64,000 bases of DNA from an uncultured Chitinophagales bacterium. GTDB lineage: Bacteria > Bacteroidota > Bacteroidia > Chitinophagales > JADIYW01. Each line of letters starts with the position of its first letter. The first letter of the stretch is position 1. A program made the position numbers and the translations under genes. Location: contig CAYYMF010000002.1 of the NCBI GenBank assembly GCA_964472755.1, positions 2,927 to 66,926 of the forward strand, in the 5' to 3' direction. Below are positions 27,635-37,739 of this stretch, piece after piece. The notes under the pieces were generated by a model, which was not told the origin of the DNA, did not search any database, and worked only from the letters and a program-made list of their open reading frames with translations.

Positions 27635-30600
27635 ATGCCTTTGATTAGAAATATATTATTTATTCTAGCTGTAATTATAAGTGGCTACACATATAGTCAA
27701 GCAATTAAAGATGTATCTCAATTATCTAATCTAAGAATTAAATACTTTGCCGCAACTGATAATAATTTTAGTTTGGATACCAATTTTGTATTTCCGAATA
27801 GTATCGTTATTAGAAATATAAATGGCATCTTACTTTCTCCAGAAACAGACTATCAATATGATATGAATACCGGAAATATACTTATCAATTCGAGTGTTAC
27901 CGATTCATTTTATGTTACTTATAGAATATTTAATACCAATTTACCAACAAATTTTACACATAAGAAATTCCAATCATCTTATTATATTGATTCTTTAGAC
28001 GTGTTTTTTAAACAATACCAAAAATATCAACCAAAACAAATAAATCAAATTGATTTTTTAGATTTTGGAGGTTTGCAATATAGTGGAAACTTTTCTCGTG
28101 GCGTTCAATTTGGTTCTAATCAAGATTTAAGTTTAAATTCTAATCTAGACCTAAGATTATCTGGAAAAATTGGCAATGATATAGAAATAATTGCTGCTCT
28201 TTCCGATCAAAATATACCTTTACAACCAGATGGCACCACACAACAATTACAAGATTTTGACAAAATTTATATACAAATCAACAAAGAGCCACACCGTATA
28301 ATCGCTGGTGATTTTAATCAAAAATCAAGTAATAATTCCTATTTTTTACGTTTCTCCAAACAACTACAAGGTATTAGCTATGCCAATTCTTTCAAATTTA
28401 AGAAAAATATGCAACTCAATACCAATACAGCTTTTGCAGTTGCCAGAGGAAAATTTGCCAGAAATACATTTTATGGCCAAGAAGGCAATCAAGGACCATA
28501 TCGCTTGTTGGGCAATAACAACGAAAGTTATATTATTATTTTAGCAGGAAGTGAAAAAGTATATATCAATGGAAACTTACTAACCAGAGGCGAAACCAAT
28601 GATTATATCATTGATTATAATTCAGGCGAGATAATTTTTATGCCTAGATTTTTAATTACAAAAGACTCAAGAATTGTAGTAGAATTTGAGTACTCTGATA
28701 AAAATTATTTCAGAACAACCATTCACAATGCTATTGATTTTAAATATAAAAATTTTAAAATATACACCGAAGTTTATAGTGAGCAAGATGCTAAAAACAA
28801 ACCTATTTTAAATGACTTAAACGATAGTGCCAAAACATTTTTGGCAAGTATCGGAAATAATATCAGTAATGCATTTTTTGATGGCTTTAAGCCAACTAAC
28901 TATGACGAAACTACGATTCAATATCGACTAATAGATACAACTATTGGATTAAATCATTATGATACTGTTTTTATTTATGCACCAACTAATAATGGCAATT
29001 TATATAAAGTCAATTTTTCGTTTGTAGGCACAAATAAAGGTAATTACAAAACATCAAAAAACTCCAATAACTTGCGTGTGTATGAATGGGTACCACCAAT
29101 TGATGGTATGCCTCAAGGTTCCTATGAACCTGTTATTTTATTAGTTACGCCTAAAACACAATTAATGACAGTTTCGGGTATGCAATATGATTATAAAAAT
29201 ATGTATATCAAATCTGAATTTGCTTTTTCTCAAAAAGATATGAATACCTTTTCTGATATAGACAACAAAGCAAGTAAAGGTTATGCAACCAATTTAGAAT
29301 TAGGTAGAAATGATACTATAAAAAACAACAATAACCAACTTAAAACGACTATAAAATATGAATTTAAGCAAGCCAACTTTAGACAGATAGAGCCTTATAG
29401 AAACACTGAATTTACAAGAGATTGGAATTTAAACGATATTAATTCTAATTTCAATGAACATCTTATTGGCTTTCAAGAAACTTATAATAATTCAAAAATA
29501 AACTTGAAAGCTAGTTATCGTTTTACCTCGCTCATCAGACAGAAAAATTATCAAGGTTTTGAAAGTCAAATTCCAATTACTTGGAATTATAAAAACATTG
29601 AATTAAATGCAGATTTCAAGCATTTAAGTACAAAAGATACAACTCTATCTACTTCATTTTTTAGACCAAACATTCAAATGGCTTATGCGATTCAGAAAGC
29701 AAAAGGTTTAAAATTTGGCATTAATTATTTACAAGAAAATAACCGTATTCAAAATATAATAGCGGATACATTAAGCAACAATAGTTTTAAATTTAATATA
29801 GCTGGATTAAATATTTCACTACCAGATTCAAACAAATGGAGTTTTAATTTAGATTATAAATTTAGAAATGATTTTAATGGTTTAAATAATCAAATGCATA
29901 TACAATCCTTTGCAAATTTGATTGATTTTAAAGGGAGTGCCAACGCTATTAAAAATCAACACCTCAATTGGAGTTTTACTTATCGTGATTTAAAAGTACT
30001 AGATTCCGTATTAGCGAAAACACCATCTGAAAGAACCTACTTAGGAAGAATTGAATATGGTAATCGCTTTTTCAAAACTGCATTACGTAGTAATTTTATT
30101 TATGAATTGGGTGGCGGACAAGAACGTATTCGGCAATTTACTTATTTACAAGTTCAATCAGGACAAGGTTATTACAAATGGATAGATGAAAATCAAAACG
30201 GCATCAAGGAATTGAATGAATTTGTGCAATCACAGTTTAGCGATAGTGCACAATACATCAAAGTATATACTGACTTAAATGAATACATCAGAGCGTACAC
30301 CACTTCATATACTCAGACAATTAATTTAACACCCAAAGCTGTTTGGTTTAATGAAAGTGGAATTAAAAAATTTATCAGTAAATTTCAAATAGTATCCTTC
30401 CTAAATATCAGCAGAAAAACATTAAAAGACAAACATGTTAAGCCTTTTAATCCATTTATAATGAATAGTAAGGATAGTAATATTGTAAACCTAAATTCAA
30501 ACATTAGAAATACGATTGCGTTCAATACCGGCGACCCAACCTATTACGTAGCTTATAGTAATCAAATACTCAATGAAAAATTACTTTTAGTAAACGGATA

Positions 30601-31138
30601 TGATACAAGAAAAAAAGTGGAACACCTAATTGATGGATATTACAATATAAAAACGGCTTATACTTTAAATTATAAACTCCTTTTTAGTAAACAATCTTAT
30701 ATTTCAGATTTCTTTAGCAATAACAACTTGCATTTGAATATTTATGTTGTAGAACCAAAATTCTCTTATAATTTTAAAACTATGATAAGAACTTCCCTAT
30801 CGTATGGTTTTTTATATAAACAAAACAGCCCACAATTTGGAAACGAAAAAATGATATCCAATAAATTAGAAACCGAATTTAGATATAGCAAAGCAGGAAA
30901 AAATACACTTACCACAAAATTTTCTTTAATATTAGTGAATTACAATTCTGAAACAGCATCTACTAAAAGCTATACCATTTTAGAAGGTTTACAAAAAGGC
31001 AAAAACTATATTTGGAACATGGAATATTCTAGATTTATAGGCTCAAATTTAGAATTACTCTTAGTTTATGAAGGTCGAAAAACTGGCACTGCAAAAGTTG
31101 TAAATACAGGCAGAGCACAATTGAGAGCAATATTTTAA
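27635..31138 (+). CDS. Very large predicted outer-membrane beta-barrel protein, function unknown
   Basis: 1167 aa from the ATG at 27635 (the track starts one codon earlier at a TTG). It has signal peptide MPLIRNILFILAVIISGYTYSQA, an Asn/Tyr/Ser/Thr-rich alternating pattern along its whole length, and a C-terminus RAQLRAIF ending in Phe. No catalytic motif was seen. Confidence 0.6.
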   Translation: MPLIRNILFILAVIISGYTYSQAIKDVSQLSNLRIKYFAATDNNFSLDTNFVFPNSIVIRNINGILLSPETDYQYDMNTGNILINSSVTDSFYVTYRIFNTNLPTNFTHKKFQSSYYIDSLDVFFKQYQKYQPKQINQIDFLDFGGLQYSGNFSRGVQFGSNQDLSLNSNLDLRLSGKIGNDIEIIAALSDQNIPLQPDGTTQQLQDFDKIYIQINKEPHRIIAGDFNQKSSNNSYFLRFSKQLQGISYANSFKFKKNMQLNTNTAFAVARGKFARNTFYGQEGNQGPYRLLGNNNESYIIILAGSEKVYINGNLLTRGETNDYIIDYNSGEIIFMPRFLITKDSRIVVEFEYSDKNYFRTTIHNAIDFKYKNFKIYTEVYSEQDAKNKPILNDLNDSAKTFLASIGNNISNAFFDGFKPTNYDETTIQYRLIDTTIGLNHYDTVFIYAPTNNGNLYKVNFSFVGTNKGNYKTSKNSNNLRVYEWVPPIDGMPQGSYEPVILLVTPKTQLMTVSGMQYDYKNMYIKSEFAFSQKDMNTFSDIDNKASKGYATNLELGRNDTIKNNNNQLKTTIKYEFKQANFRQIEPYRNTEFTRDWNLNDINSNFNEHLIGFQETYNNSKINLKASYRFTSLIRQKNYQGFESQIPITWNYKNIELNADFKHLSTKDTTLSTSFFRPNIQMAYAIQKAKGLKFGINYLQENNRIQNIIADTLSNNSFKFNIAGLNISLPDSNKWSFNLDYKFRNDFNGLNNQMHIQSFANLIDFKGSANAIKNQHLNWSFTYRDLKVLDSVLAKTPSERTYLGRIEYGNRFFKTALRSNFIYELGGGQERIRQFTYLQVQSGQGYYKWIDENQNGIKELNEFVQSQFSDSAQYIKVYTDLNEYIRAYTTSYTQTINLTPKAVWFNESGIKKFISKFQIVSFLNISRKTLKDKHVKPFNPFIMNSKDSNIVNLNSNIRNTIAFNTGDPTYYVAYSNQILNEKLLLVNGYDTRKKVEHLIDGYYNIKTAYTLNYKLLFSKQSYISDFFSNNNLHLNIYVVEPKFSYNFKTMIRTSLSYGFLYKQNSPQFGNEKMISNKLETEFRYSKAGKNTLTTKFSLILVNYNSETASTKSYTILEGLQKGKNYIWNMEYSRFIGSNLELLLVYEGRKTGTAKVVNTGRAQLRAIF

Positions 31139-31259
31139 TTGAAAACAACTCCATAATAGTGAGATATTATTTTAAAAACTGTTTAGCTTATAAAATCTAA
31201 AAAATCATTTATATTTCTTAAAATACAGTTAAAACCAACAAAACTTTAAATTATAGCTA

Positions 31260-31290
31260 ACTAAATTTGGTTATTTAGTCTTTTTTTTTT
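31260..31290 (+). terminator. Candidate rho-independent terminator downstream of the 1167-aa gene
   Basis: A 7-bp AT-rich stem actaaat / atttagt with loop ttggtt is followed by a T10 run (31281..31290). Confidence 0.4.
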
Positions 31291-31297
31291 ATATTTG
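31290..31297 (+). promoter_or_regulatory. Candidate -7 promoter box (TATATTTG) for the NlpC/P60 gene
   Basis: Exact TAnnTTTG match 65 nt upstream of the ATG at 31362. Confidence 0.35.
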
Positions 31298-31361
31298 AAA
31301 ACTAACGAATATTAACCACAAACCATAAATCATTTTTATAACTAAAAAAACTAATTATAAA

Positions 31362-31910
31362 ATGAAATTAAAAGCAAGTAAGTTATTATTAATCATAGCA
31401 TTTACCTTATTTTCAGCACAAAATATAAAAGCAAGCAACCCATTTTTTGACGCTCTCGGAAAGTTGTGTTTAGAAAATAAAATCGACCTTGAAAAAATAA
31501 AAACCTTCTTCTCAGATAAAAACATCAATTTAAACGAAGCATTTGACCCTCAATTATATATCAATATCTTTAATTGGAGAAATGCACCATACCGTTTAGG
31601 TGGCAAAACCCAAAAAGGCATTGATTGTTCTAATTATGTTTTCCAACTAAATTCAGAATGTCAAAGCGATTATGCTACTTCTTATCAATTAGCAAAGATT
31701 ACTAACTATATTGACCCTTCCGATTTACAAGAAGGTGACTTAGTTTTTTTTAATGTAAATGGTGGTGGAATTTCACACGTAGGTATCTATTTACAAGATG
31801 GAAAATTTACACACTCTTCTTCGTCCAACGGTGTTATCATCAGCAGTATGGATGAACCTTATTGGTCTAAAAGGTTTTGCAGAGCAGGAAGAATTTCTTC
31901 TAACAAATAA
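31362..31910 (+). CDS. NlpC/P60 (C40) family cell-wall peptidase, secreted
   Basis: It has a signal peptide, a catalytic Cys context GIDCSNYVF and a His context ISHVGIYLQDGKFTHSS. Confidence 0.8.
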   Translation: MKLKASKLLLIIAFTLFSAQNIKASNPFFDALGKLCLENKIDLEKIKTFFSDKNINLNEAFDPQLYINIFNWRNAPYRLGGKTQKGIDCSNYVFQLNSECQSDYATSYQLAKITNYIDPSDLQEGDLVFFNVNGGGISHVGIYLQDGKFTHSSSSNGVIISSMDEPYWSKRFCRAGRISSNK

Positions 31911-31912
31911 AT

Positions 31913-32266
31913 ATGATAGAAATTTATCACAACAACAGATGTAGTAAAAGCCGATGTGCTTTAGATTTCCTAAACGATAAAGCCGTTGATTTTAAAGTTA
32001 TAGAATATTTAAAAGATGCTCCAAGCATTGAGACTATACAATCTTTATTAAAAAAACTAAATATTCCTGCACACGATTTAATCCGAAAAAGTGAAGCGAT
32101 TTATTTTGAAAAATATAAAGGTAAAAATTTAAGTGAAACAGAATGGATTCAAGCGATGCATGAAAATCCAATTTTGATAGAAAGACCTATTGTTATCAAA
32201 GGCAATAAAGCCATCATTGCACGTCCACCAGAAAAAGTATTAGAATTATTCTCAGGAATCAATTAA
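31913..32266 (+). CDS. ArsC/Spx-family thioredoxin-fold protein (arsenate reductase-like)
   Basis: 117 aa. The N-terminus MIEIYHNNRCSKSRCAL and the C-terminal ILIERPIV pattern match the ArsC family. Confidence 0.75.
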   Translation: MIEIYHNNRCSKSRCALDFLNDKAVDFKVIEYLKDAPSIETIQSLLKKLNIPAHDLIRKSEAIYFEKYKGKNLSETEWIQAMHENPILIERPIVIKGNKAIIARPPEKVLELFSGIN

Positions 32267-32364
32267 CCTCTGCTTTTTTTACATTTTTCTCGTTTTTAAT
32301 TTTAATAAATGAACAATTTTAAGCCTTGTTACTAAAATAATTGAATATATCCATAGCTTAATTT

Positions 32365-32372
32365 TATCTTTG
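32365..32372 (+). promoter_or_regulatory. Candidate -7 promoter box (TATCTTTG) for gcvP
   Basis: Exact match 21 nt upstream of the ATG at 32393. A TTG at 32341 could serve as the -33 element. Confidence 0.45.
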
Positions 32373-32392
32373 CGTAACTCAACAAAAATATC

Positions 32393-35245
32393 ATGCAAAT
32401 TCATACTTTTAGAGAAAGACACATCGGAACTTCTGCAAAAGAAACAGAAGAAATGTTATCAATTATTGGCGTTCCATCGGTAGATGCATTAATCGAAAAA
32501 ACGATACCACAACACATTAAAATCAATCACGAAATTACTGTCGGGAAAGCAATGTCTGAATATGAATATTTGAGTTTCATAAAAGCAAAAGCAACAGAAA
32601 ATAAAATATATAATAACTTTATTGGAATGGGTTATTATGGCACACTAACACCAACTGTAATTTTAAGAAATATATTTGAAAATCCAGGTTGGTACACACA
32701 ATATACGCCCTATCAAGCAGAAATTTCTCAAGGAAGATTAGAAGCATTATTGAATTACCAAACAATGGTTTCTGAATTAACAGGAATGCCAATTGCGAAT
32801 GCTTCTCTATTAGATGAAGCCACTGCTGCTGCTGAATCTATGCACTTACTACATGAAGTAAGAAGTAAAGTAAAAAATGCACCTACTGCCAATAAAATTT
32901 TCATTGATCAAAATACATTTCCTCAAACAATTGATGTCGTAAAAGGAAGAGCATTACCTTTAAATATCGAAGTCGTAGTTGGCGATTATACCAACTTCAC
33001 ACCTACTCAAGAATATTTTTCTGCTATTGTACAATATCCAGCAGCAGATGGTGTGGTGAATGATTTTACAGAATTTTTCCAAAAATGTAAAGCTTCAAAT
33101 ATTTTCACAACAGTTATTGCAGATATTTTAAGTTTAGCAATATTAACACCGCCAGCAGAATTTGGTGCTGATATTGTTGTAGGTTCAACTCAAAGATTTG
33201 GTGTACCTATGGGATTCGGTGGTCCACACGCTGCTTATTTTGCTTGTAAAGAAGAATTTGTACGATTAATGCCTGGAAGATTAATTGGTGTTTCTGTAGA
33301 TAAACATGGCAATAGAGCTTTGCGTATGGCATTACAAACTAGAGAACAACACATCAAACGAGAAAAAGCAACCTCAAATATTTGTACTGCTCAGGCTCTA
33401 CTAGCAATTATGGCTGGAATGTATGCCGTTTATCATGGAAATGATGGCATTAAAAATATTGCTCAAGAGATTCATAACAAAGCCAATGCATTAGCACAAA
33501 CGCTTACCAAATTAGGTTTTAGTATTCAACATCAACATTATTTTGATACAATAAGTGTTGTAATTGAAGATGCTGATAAGTTAAAATCAATAGCATTAAA
33601 TCATCAAACCAATTTATGGTATAATAACAATACTGTTCAAATTACAATTGACGAAACAACCACTAACCAACAATTACAATTAGTTGCTGATATTTTTGCT
33701 AATTATAAAGGTATTGCCTCTAGCGAAGTAATAGTTATTGAAGCTTCATCAATCCCAGCAAGTTTACAAAGAAAAATGGACTGTTTAACACATCCTATTT
33801 TCAATAAATATCACTCAGAGCATGAAATGCTTAGATATATCAAAAGATTGGAAAATAAAGATTTATCGCTTTGTCATTCAATGATATCATTAGGAAGTTG
33901 TACTATGAAATTGAATGCAACATCAGAAATGATGCCATTAAGTTTGCCAGAATTTGCTAATATTCACCCATTTGTACCTAAAAACCAAGCACAAGGTTAT
34001 TTAAGCATCATTCAAGAATTAGAAAACTATTTAGCACAAATTACAGGATTTTCGGCATGTTCATTACAACCTAACTCAGGTGCACAAGGTGAATATGCGG
34101 GCTTGATGGTTATTAGAGCTTATCACGTAGCTCATAATCAGACACAAAGAACAACTGCAATAATTCCTGCATCTGCTCACGGAACAAATCCAGCTAGTGC
34201 GGTAATGGCTGGAATGGATGTAGTTGTCGTAAAAACTGATGAAAGCGGCAATATAGATGTTGAAGATTTAAAATTAAAAGTAGAAAAACATAAAGACACA
34301 CTTTCTTGTTTAATGGTAACTTATCCATCAACACATGGCGTTTTTGAACCTACTATAAAAGATATTTGTCAAATTATACATGATAATGGTGGTTTAGTTT
34401 ATATGGATGGTGCAAATATGAATGCACAGGTTGGTTTAACTTCTCCAGCAACAATTGGTGCAGATGTGAACCACATCAACTTACATAAAACCTTTGCAAT
34501 TCCACACGGTGGCGGTGGTCCAGGAATGGGACCAATCTGTGTGAACGATAAATTAACACCGTATTTACCAAAACATGTTATCGTTGAAACTGGCGGAACT
34601 GAAGGTATTGCAGCAATCAGTGCAGCTCCTTATGGTAGTGCTTCTATCCTATTAATATCTTATGCATACATCAAAATGTTAGGTCAAAATGGTATAAAAG
34701 ATGCCACGAAATATGCTATTCTGAATGCAAACTATATGAAAAAAAGATTAGAAACACATTTTCCAATCTTATATACTGGCGAAAATGGCAGCGTTGCTCA
34801 CGAGTTTATCATTGATTTAAGACCATTAAAAAAAGATTCAAATATTGATGCCGTTGATGTTGCAAAACGTTTAATGGATTATAATTTCCACGCTCCAACA
34901 GTAGCATTTCCTGTTCCTGGCACTTTAATGATAGAACCAACAGAAAGTGAAAACAAGGATGAATTAGACCGCTTTTGCGATGCTATGATTTCTATAAGAC
35001 AAGAAATTGAGGATATTATTAATGGAAAAACTACTAAAGAAGACAACCCAATTATAAATGCACCACACACGATGTTTGAAGCTACTAAAACGACTTGGGA
35101 ACATCCATATAGTAGAGAACAAGCAGCATTCCCATTACAATATGTAAAAGAGAATAAATTTTGGGCTTCTGTTGGTAAAGTTGATAATACTTATGGCGAC
35201 AGAAACTTAGTTTGTACTTGTCCACCAATGGAAGATTATATGTAA
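32393..35245 (+). CDS. gcvP: Glycine dehydrogenase (decarboxylating), glycine cleavage system P protein
   Basis: 950 aa single-chain P protein with YTPYQAEISQGRLEALLNYQTM and the PLP-lysine region NLHKTFAIPHGGGGPG. Confidence 0.95.
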   Translation: MQIHTFRERHIGTSAKETEEMLSIIGVPSVDALIEKTIPQHIKINHEITVGKAMSEYEYLSFIKAKATENKIYNNFIGMGYYGTLTPTVILRNIFENPGWYTQYTPYQAEISQGRLEALLNYQTMVSELTGMPIANASLLDEATAAAESMHLLHEVRSKVKNAPTANKIFIDQNTFPQTIDVVKGRALPLNIEVVVGDYTNFTPTQEYFSAIVQYPAADGVVNDFTEFFQKCKASNIFTTVIADILSLAILTPPAEFGADIVVGSTQRFGVPMGFGGPHAAYFACKEEFVRLMPGRLIGVSVDKHGNRALRMALQTREQHIKREKATSNICTAQALLAIMAGMYAVYHGNDGIKNIAQEIHNKANALAQTLTKLGFSIQHQHYFDTISVVIEDADKLKSIALNHQTNLWYNNNTVQITIDETTTNQQLQLVADIFANYKGIASSEVIVIEASSIPASLQRKMDCLTHPIFNKYHSEHEMLRYIKRLENKDLSLCHSMISLGSCTMKLNATSEMMPLSLPEFANIHPFVPKNQAQGYLSIIQELENYLAQITGFSACSLQPNSGAQGEYAGLMVIRAYHVAHNQTQRTTAIIPASAHGTNPASAVMAGMDVVVVKTDESGNIDVEDLKLKVEKHKDTLSCLMVTYPSTHGVFEPTIKDICQIIHDNGGLVYMDGANMNAQVGLTSPATIGADVNHINLHKTFAIPHGGGGPGMGPICVNDKLTPYLPKHVIVETGGTEGIAAISAAPYGSASILLISYAYIKMLGQNGIKDATKYAILNANYMKKRLETHFPILYTGENGSVAHEFIIDLRPLKKDSNIDAVDVAKRLMDYNFHAPTVAFPVPGTLMIEPTESENKDELDRFCDAMISIRQEIEDIINGKTTKEDNPIINAPHTMFEATKTTWEHPYSREQAAFPLQYVKENKFWASVGKVDNTYGDRNLVCTCPPMEDYM

Positions 35246-35656
35246 TATAATAATGCTTTTTGGTTAAATTATTAGCTTATATTTTATAAGTTCAAATGAT
35301 TTTTATAATAACCATTAATAACTTAGCAAACGCTTTGTATAATATTTTATTATTAAAATATAATTTCAATAGATAGTATCTATGGCCTAAAAACAAGATA
35401 TTAGAATACAAGTATAATACTGAAAAATAAAGCAGAACTCCGTCAAATAAAATGCTAAGAATTTTATAATAGTTCGTTATAAAAATGAATATAGTTTACT
35501 AGAATTAGTACACTACATTACAAAAACCAAGACATCAATTAATTATTATCAGAAAACTACTTGTAAAAAATAAGCTTTTTGAGCATTTAATTAGTATTTA
35601 TACTAAAATAAACAACAGGAATCCTTTAAAAAAAACATCACAGGGCTTTAAATAAA

Positions 35657-35680
35657 AACGGCTACCAAAAGGTAGCCGTT
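35657..35680 (-). terminator. Rho-independent terminator of rpsA
   Basis: A perfect 10-bp stem aacggctacc / ggtagccgtt with loop aaaa starts 22 nt after the rpsA stop. On the minus strand it is followed by TTTTTATTT. Confidence 0.75.
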
Positions 35681-35701
35681 TATTATTAAAGTTGAAGTAT
35701 A

Positions 35702-37663
35702 TTATTTTTCTCCACCTTCCATTTTTGCTTTCAATTCAGCTAAAGCACCTAAATCTCCTAATGTAGATTTTTCTACTTTGCTATTAACATCTTTCAAAGC
35801 ATCTTTTTGTTTTTTAGTTTCTTTACGCTTCTCGCCATCTACTTTTCTCTTTTCTTCTAATTTTTCATCTTCGATAACTCGAGTATGAGAAACAATAATA
35901 CGCTTATCATCTCTTTCAAACTCTAAAACTTTGAAATTTAAAACCTCATCAACATCTGCTAACTTACCATCTTCTTTTTTGATATGACGAGTTGGAGCAA
36001 ATGCTTCGATACCATAAGGTAATTGAACGATAGCACCTTTATCCTCTCTTTTTAAAACAGTAGCTTCGTGTACTGAACCAACTGGAAAAAGTTTTTCAAA
36101 AGTATCCCAAGGATCTTCTTCCAATTGCTTATGTCCTAATACGATTTTTCTATTATCAGAATCAATTTCTAAAATAGTAACATCTAATTCGCTACCAACT
36201 GATGTGTATTCATTTGGATGATTATAACGTTTAGTCCAAGATAAATCACTGATATGAATCATACCACCTACAATATCATCTAACTCAACGAATACACCAT
36301 ACGGTGTGATATTTTTTACAACACCTTTATGTCTTGTACCAACTGCATATTTAGTTGTGATGTTTTTCCATGGATCTTCTTCCATTTGTTTTAAACTCAC
36401 AGACATTTTTCTTTCATCTTTGTCAATTGTAACAACCAAAGCTTCATGCTCGTCTCCTAATTTGAAGAAATCTCTTGAATTGATTGGTTGGTTACCCCAA
36501 GATATTTCAGATACGTGGATTAAACCTTCAACACCTGGCACGATTTCTAAGAAAGCACCATAATCTTCAATATTTACGATTTTACCTTTTACTTTGCTTC
36601 CTTCAACAATACCTTCTGGTAAATTATCCCAAGGATGTGCTTGTAATTGTTTTAAGCCCAATGAAATACGTTTTTTGTTTTCATCATACTCAATAACCAC
36701 CACTTGGATTTTTTGATCCATTTGTAACACTTCACTTGGATGATTGATTCTACCCCAAGAAATATCAGTAATATACAATAAACCATCAATACCACCTAAG
36801 TCGATGAATGCTCCGAAATCTGTAATATTTTTGATTGTACCTTCTAATACCTGACCTTTTTCTAATTTACCGATAATTTCTAATCTTTGAGATTCAATAT
36901 CAGATTCAATTAAAGCTTTGTGAGAAACTACGGCGTTTTTAATTGCTTCATTGATTTTCACAACTTTAAACTCCATCATTTTACCAACAAATTGGTCATA
37001 ATCAGTAATTGGTTTAATATCAATTTGAGAACCTGGCAAGAAAGTTTCCATACCAAATAAATCAACGATTAAACCACCTTTTGTTTTACTAATTACTTTA
37101 CCTTTAACAATCTCATCAGTGTCTTTAGCTTTCTTAATTCTTTCCCAAGCATCAACTAATTTAGCTTTTTTACGAGAAAGGATAAGATTTCCTTTTTTGT
37201 TTTCTTTGTTTTCAACAAATACTAAAACCTCGTCTCCAACTTTAATGTCTGGCATATCCTTGAATTCACTTCTAGGAACTAAACCATCACTTTTGAAACC
37301 AACATTTAATACAATATCAGAGTCTGTAACTGCACTAACTGTTGCTGTAATAATTTCGTTGTTTTCGATTTGATTGAACGTGTTGTCGTACAATTGTTCT
37401 AATTGAGCAGCTTCTTCTTTAGAATAACGATTAGCACCTCGTTTGTTGATGTTCCAATCAAATTCTTTTTGAACTACTTCACTTTTGATATCCTCTAAAT
37501 TAAGGTCTTCAACTTCTACGACTTCTTTGTTTCTTGCTACCAATTCGGCGTCGATTTCCAAATTTGGATTTTCTTTTTCTGTTGTCAAATCTTGACTTTT
37601 TAAATGGTTAAAAAATAAATTAAATCTTCCAATTTCATAACTAAATATAAAATAGGACTGCAA
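35702..37663 (-). CDS. rpsA: 30S ribosomal protein S1
   Basis: It contains six S1 (OB-fold) repeats, for example GKVISKTKGGLIVDL, GTIKNITDFGAFIDLGGIDGLLYITDISW and GKIVNIEDYGAFLEI. The track start is a TTG at 37663. The true start is probably downstream, with TTG 37588 (MTTEKENPNLE) as candidate; see findings. Confidence 0.9.
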   Translation of the reverse strand: MQSYFIFSYEIGRFNLFFNHLKSQDLTTEKENPNLEIDAELVARNKEVVEVEDLNLEDIKSEVVQKEFDWNINKRGANRYSKEEAAQLEQLYDNTFNQIENNEIITATVSAVTDSDIVLNVGFKSDGLVPRSEFKDMPDIKVGDEVLVFVENKENKKGNLILSRKKAKLVDAWERIKKAKDTDEIVKGKVISKTKGGLIVDLFGMETFLPGSQIDIKPITDYDQFVGKMMEFKVVKINEAIKNAVVSHKALIESDIESQRLEIIGKLEKGQVLEGTIKNITDFGAFIDLGGIDGLLYITDISWGRINHPSEVLQMDQKIQVVVIEYDENKKRISLGLKQLQAHPWDNLPEGIVEGSKVKGKIVNIEDYGAFLEIVPGVEGLIHVSEISWGNQPINSRDFFKLGDEHEALVVTIDKDERKMSVSLKQMEEDPWKNITTKYAVGTRHKGVVKNITPYGVFVELDDIVGGMIHISDLSWTKRYNHPNEYTSVGSELDVTILEIDSDNRKIVLGHKQLEEDPWDTFEKLFPVGSVHEATVLKREDKGAIVQLPYGIEAFAPTRHIKKEDGKLADVDEVLNFKVLEFERDDKRIIVSHTRVIEDEKLEEKRKVDGEKRKETKKQKDALKDVNSKVEKSTLGDLGALAELKAKMEGGEK

Positions 37664-37668
37664 AGTTA
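37661..37668 (-). promoter_or_regulatory. Candidate -7 promoter box (TAACTTTG on the minus strand) for rpsA
   Basis: The plus strand reads caaagtta, which overlaps the TTG the track used as the rpsA start. Confidence 0.35.
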
Positions 37669-37739
37669 ATCATTTTTACAATAAAAAAAGACATATCAAT
37701 ATTAATTAATATGCCTTTAACCATTTTTTTTATTCCAAT

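Noticed and set aside
32267-32392. Possible glycine riboswitch upstream of gcvP
   Set aside because: The spacer is only 126 bp and extremely AT-rich, and I cannot see any GC-rich helices or the conserved glycine-aptamer core. A -7 box 21 nt from the ATG leaves no room for a riboswitch leader.
35246-35701. Hidden tRNA, rRNA fragment, CRISPR repeats or small protein gene in the long gcvP-rpsA spacer
   Set aside because: There are no cloverleaf-capable GC-rich segments, no repeated units and no ORF above about 25 codons on either strand. It is kept only as a low-priority sRNA or relic candidate.
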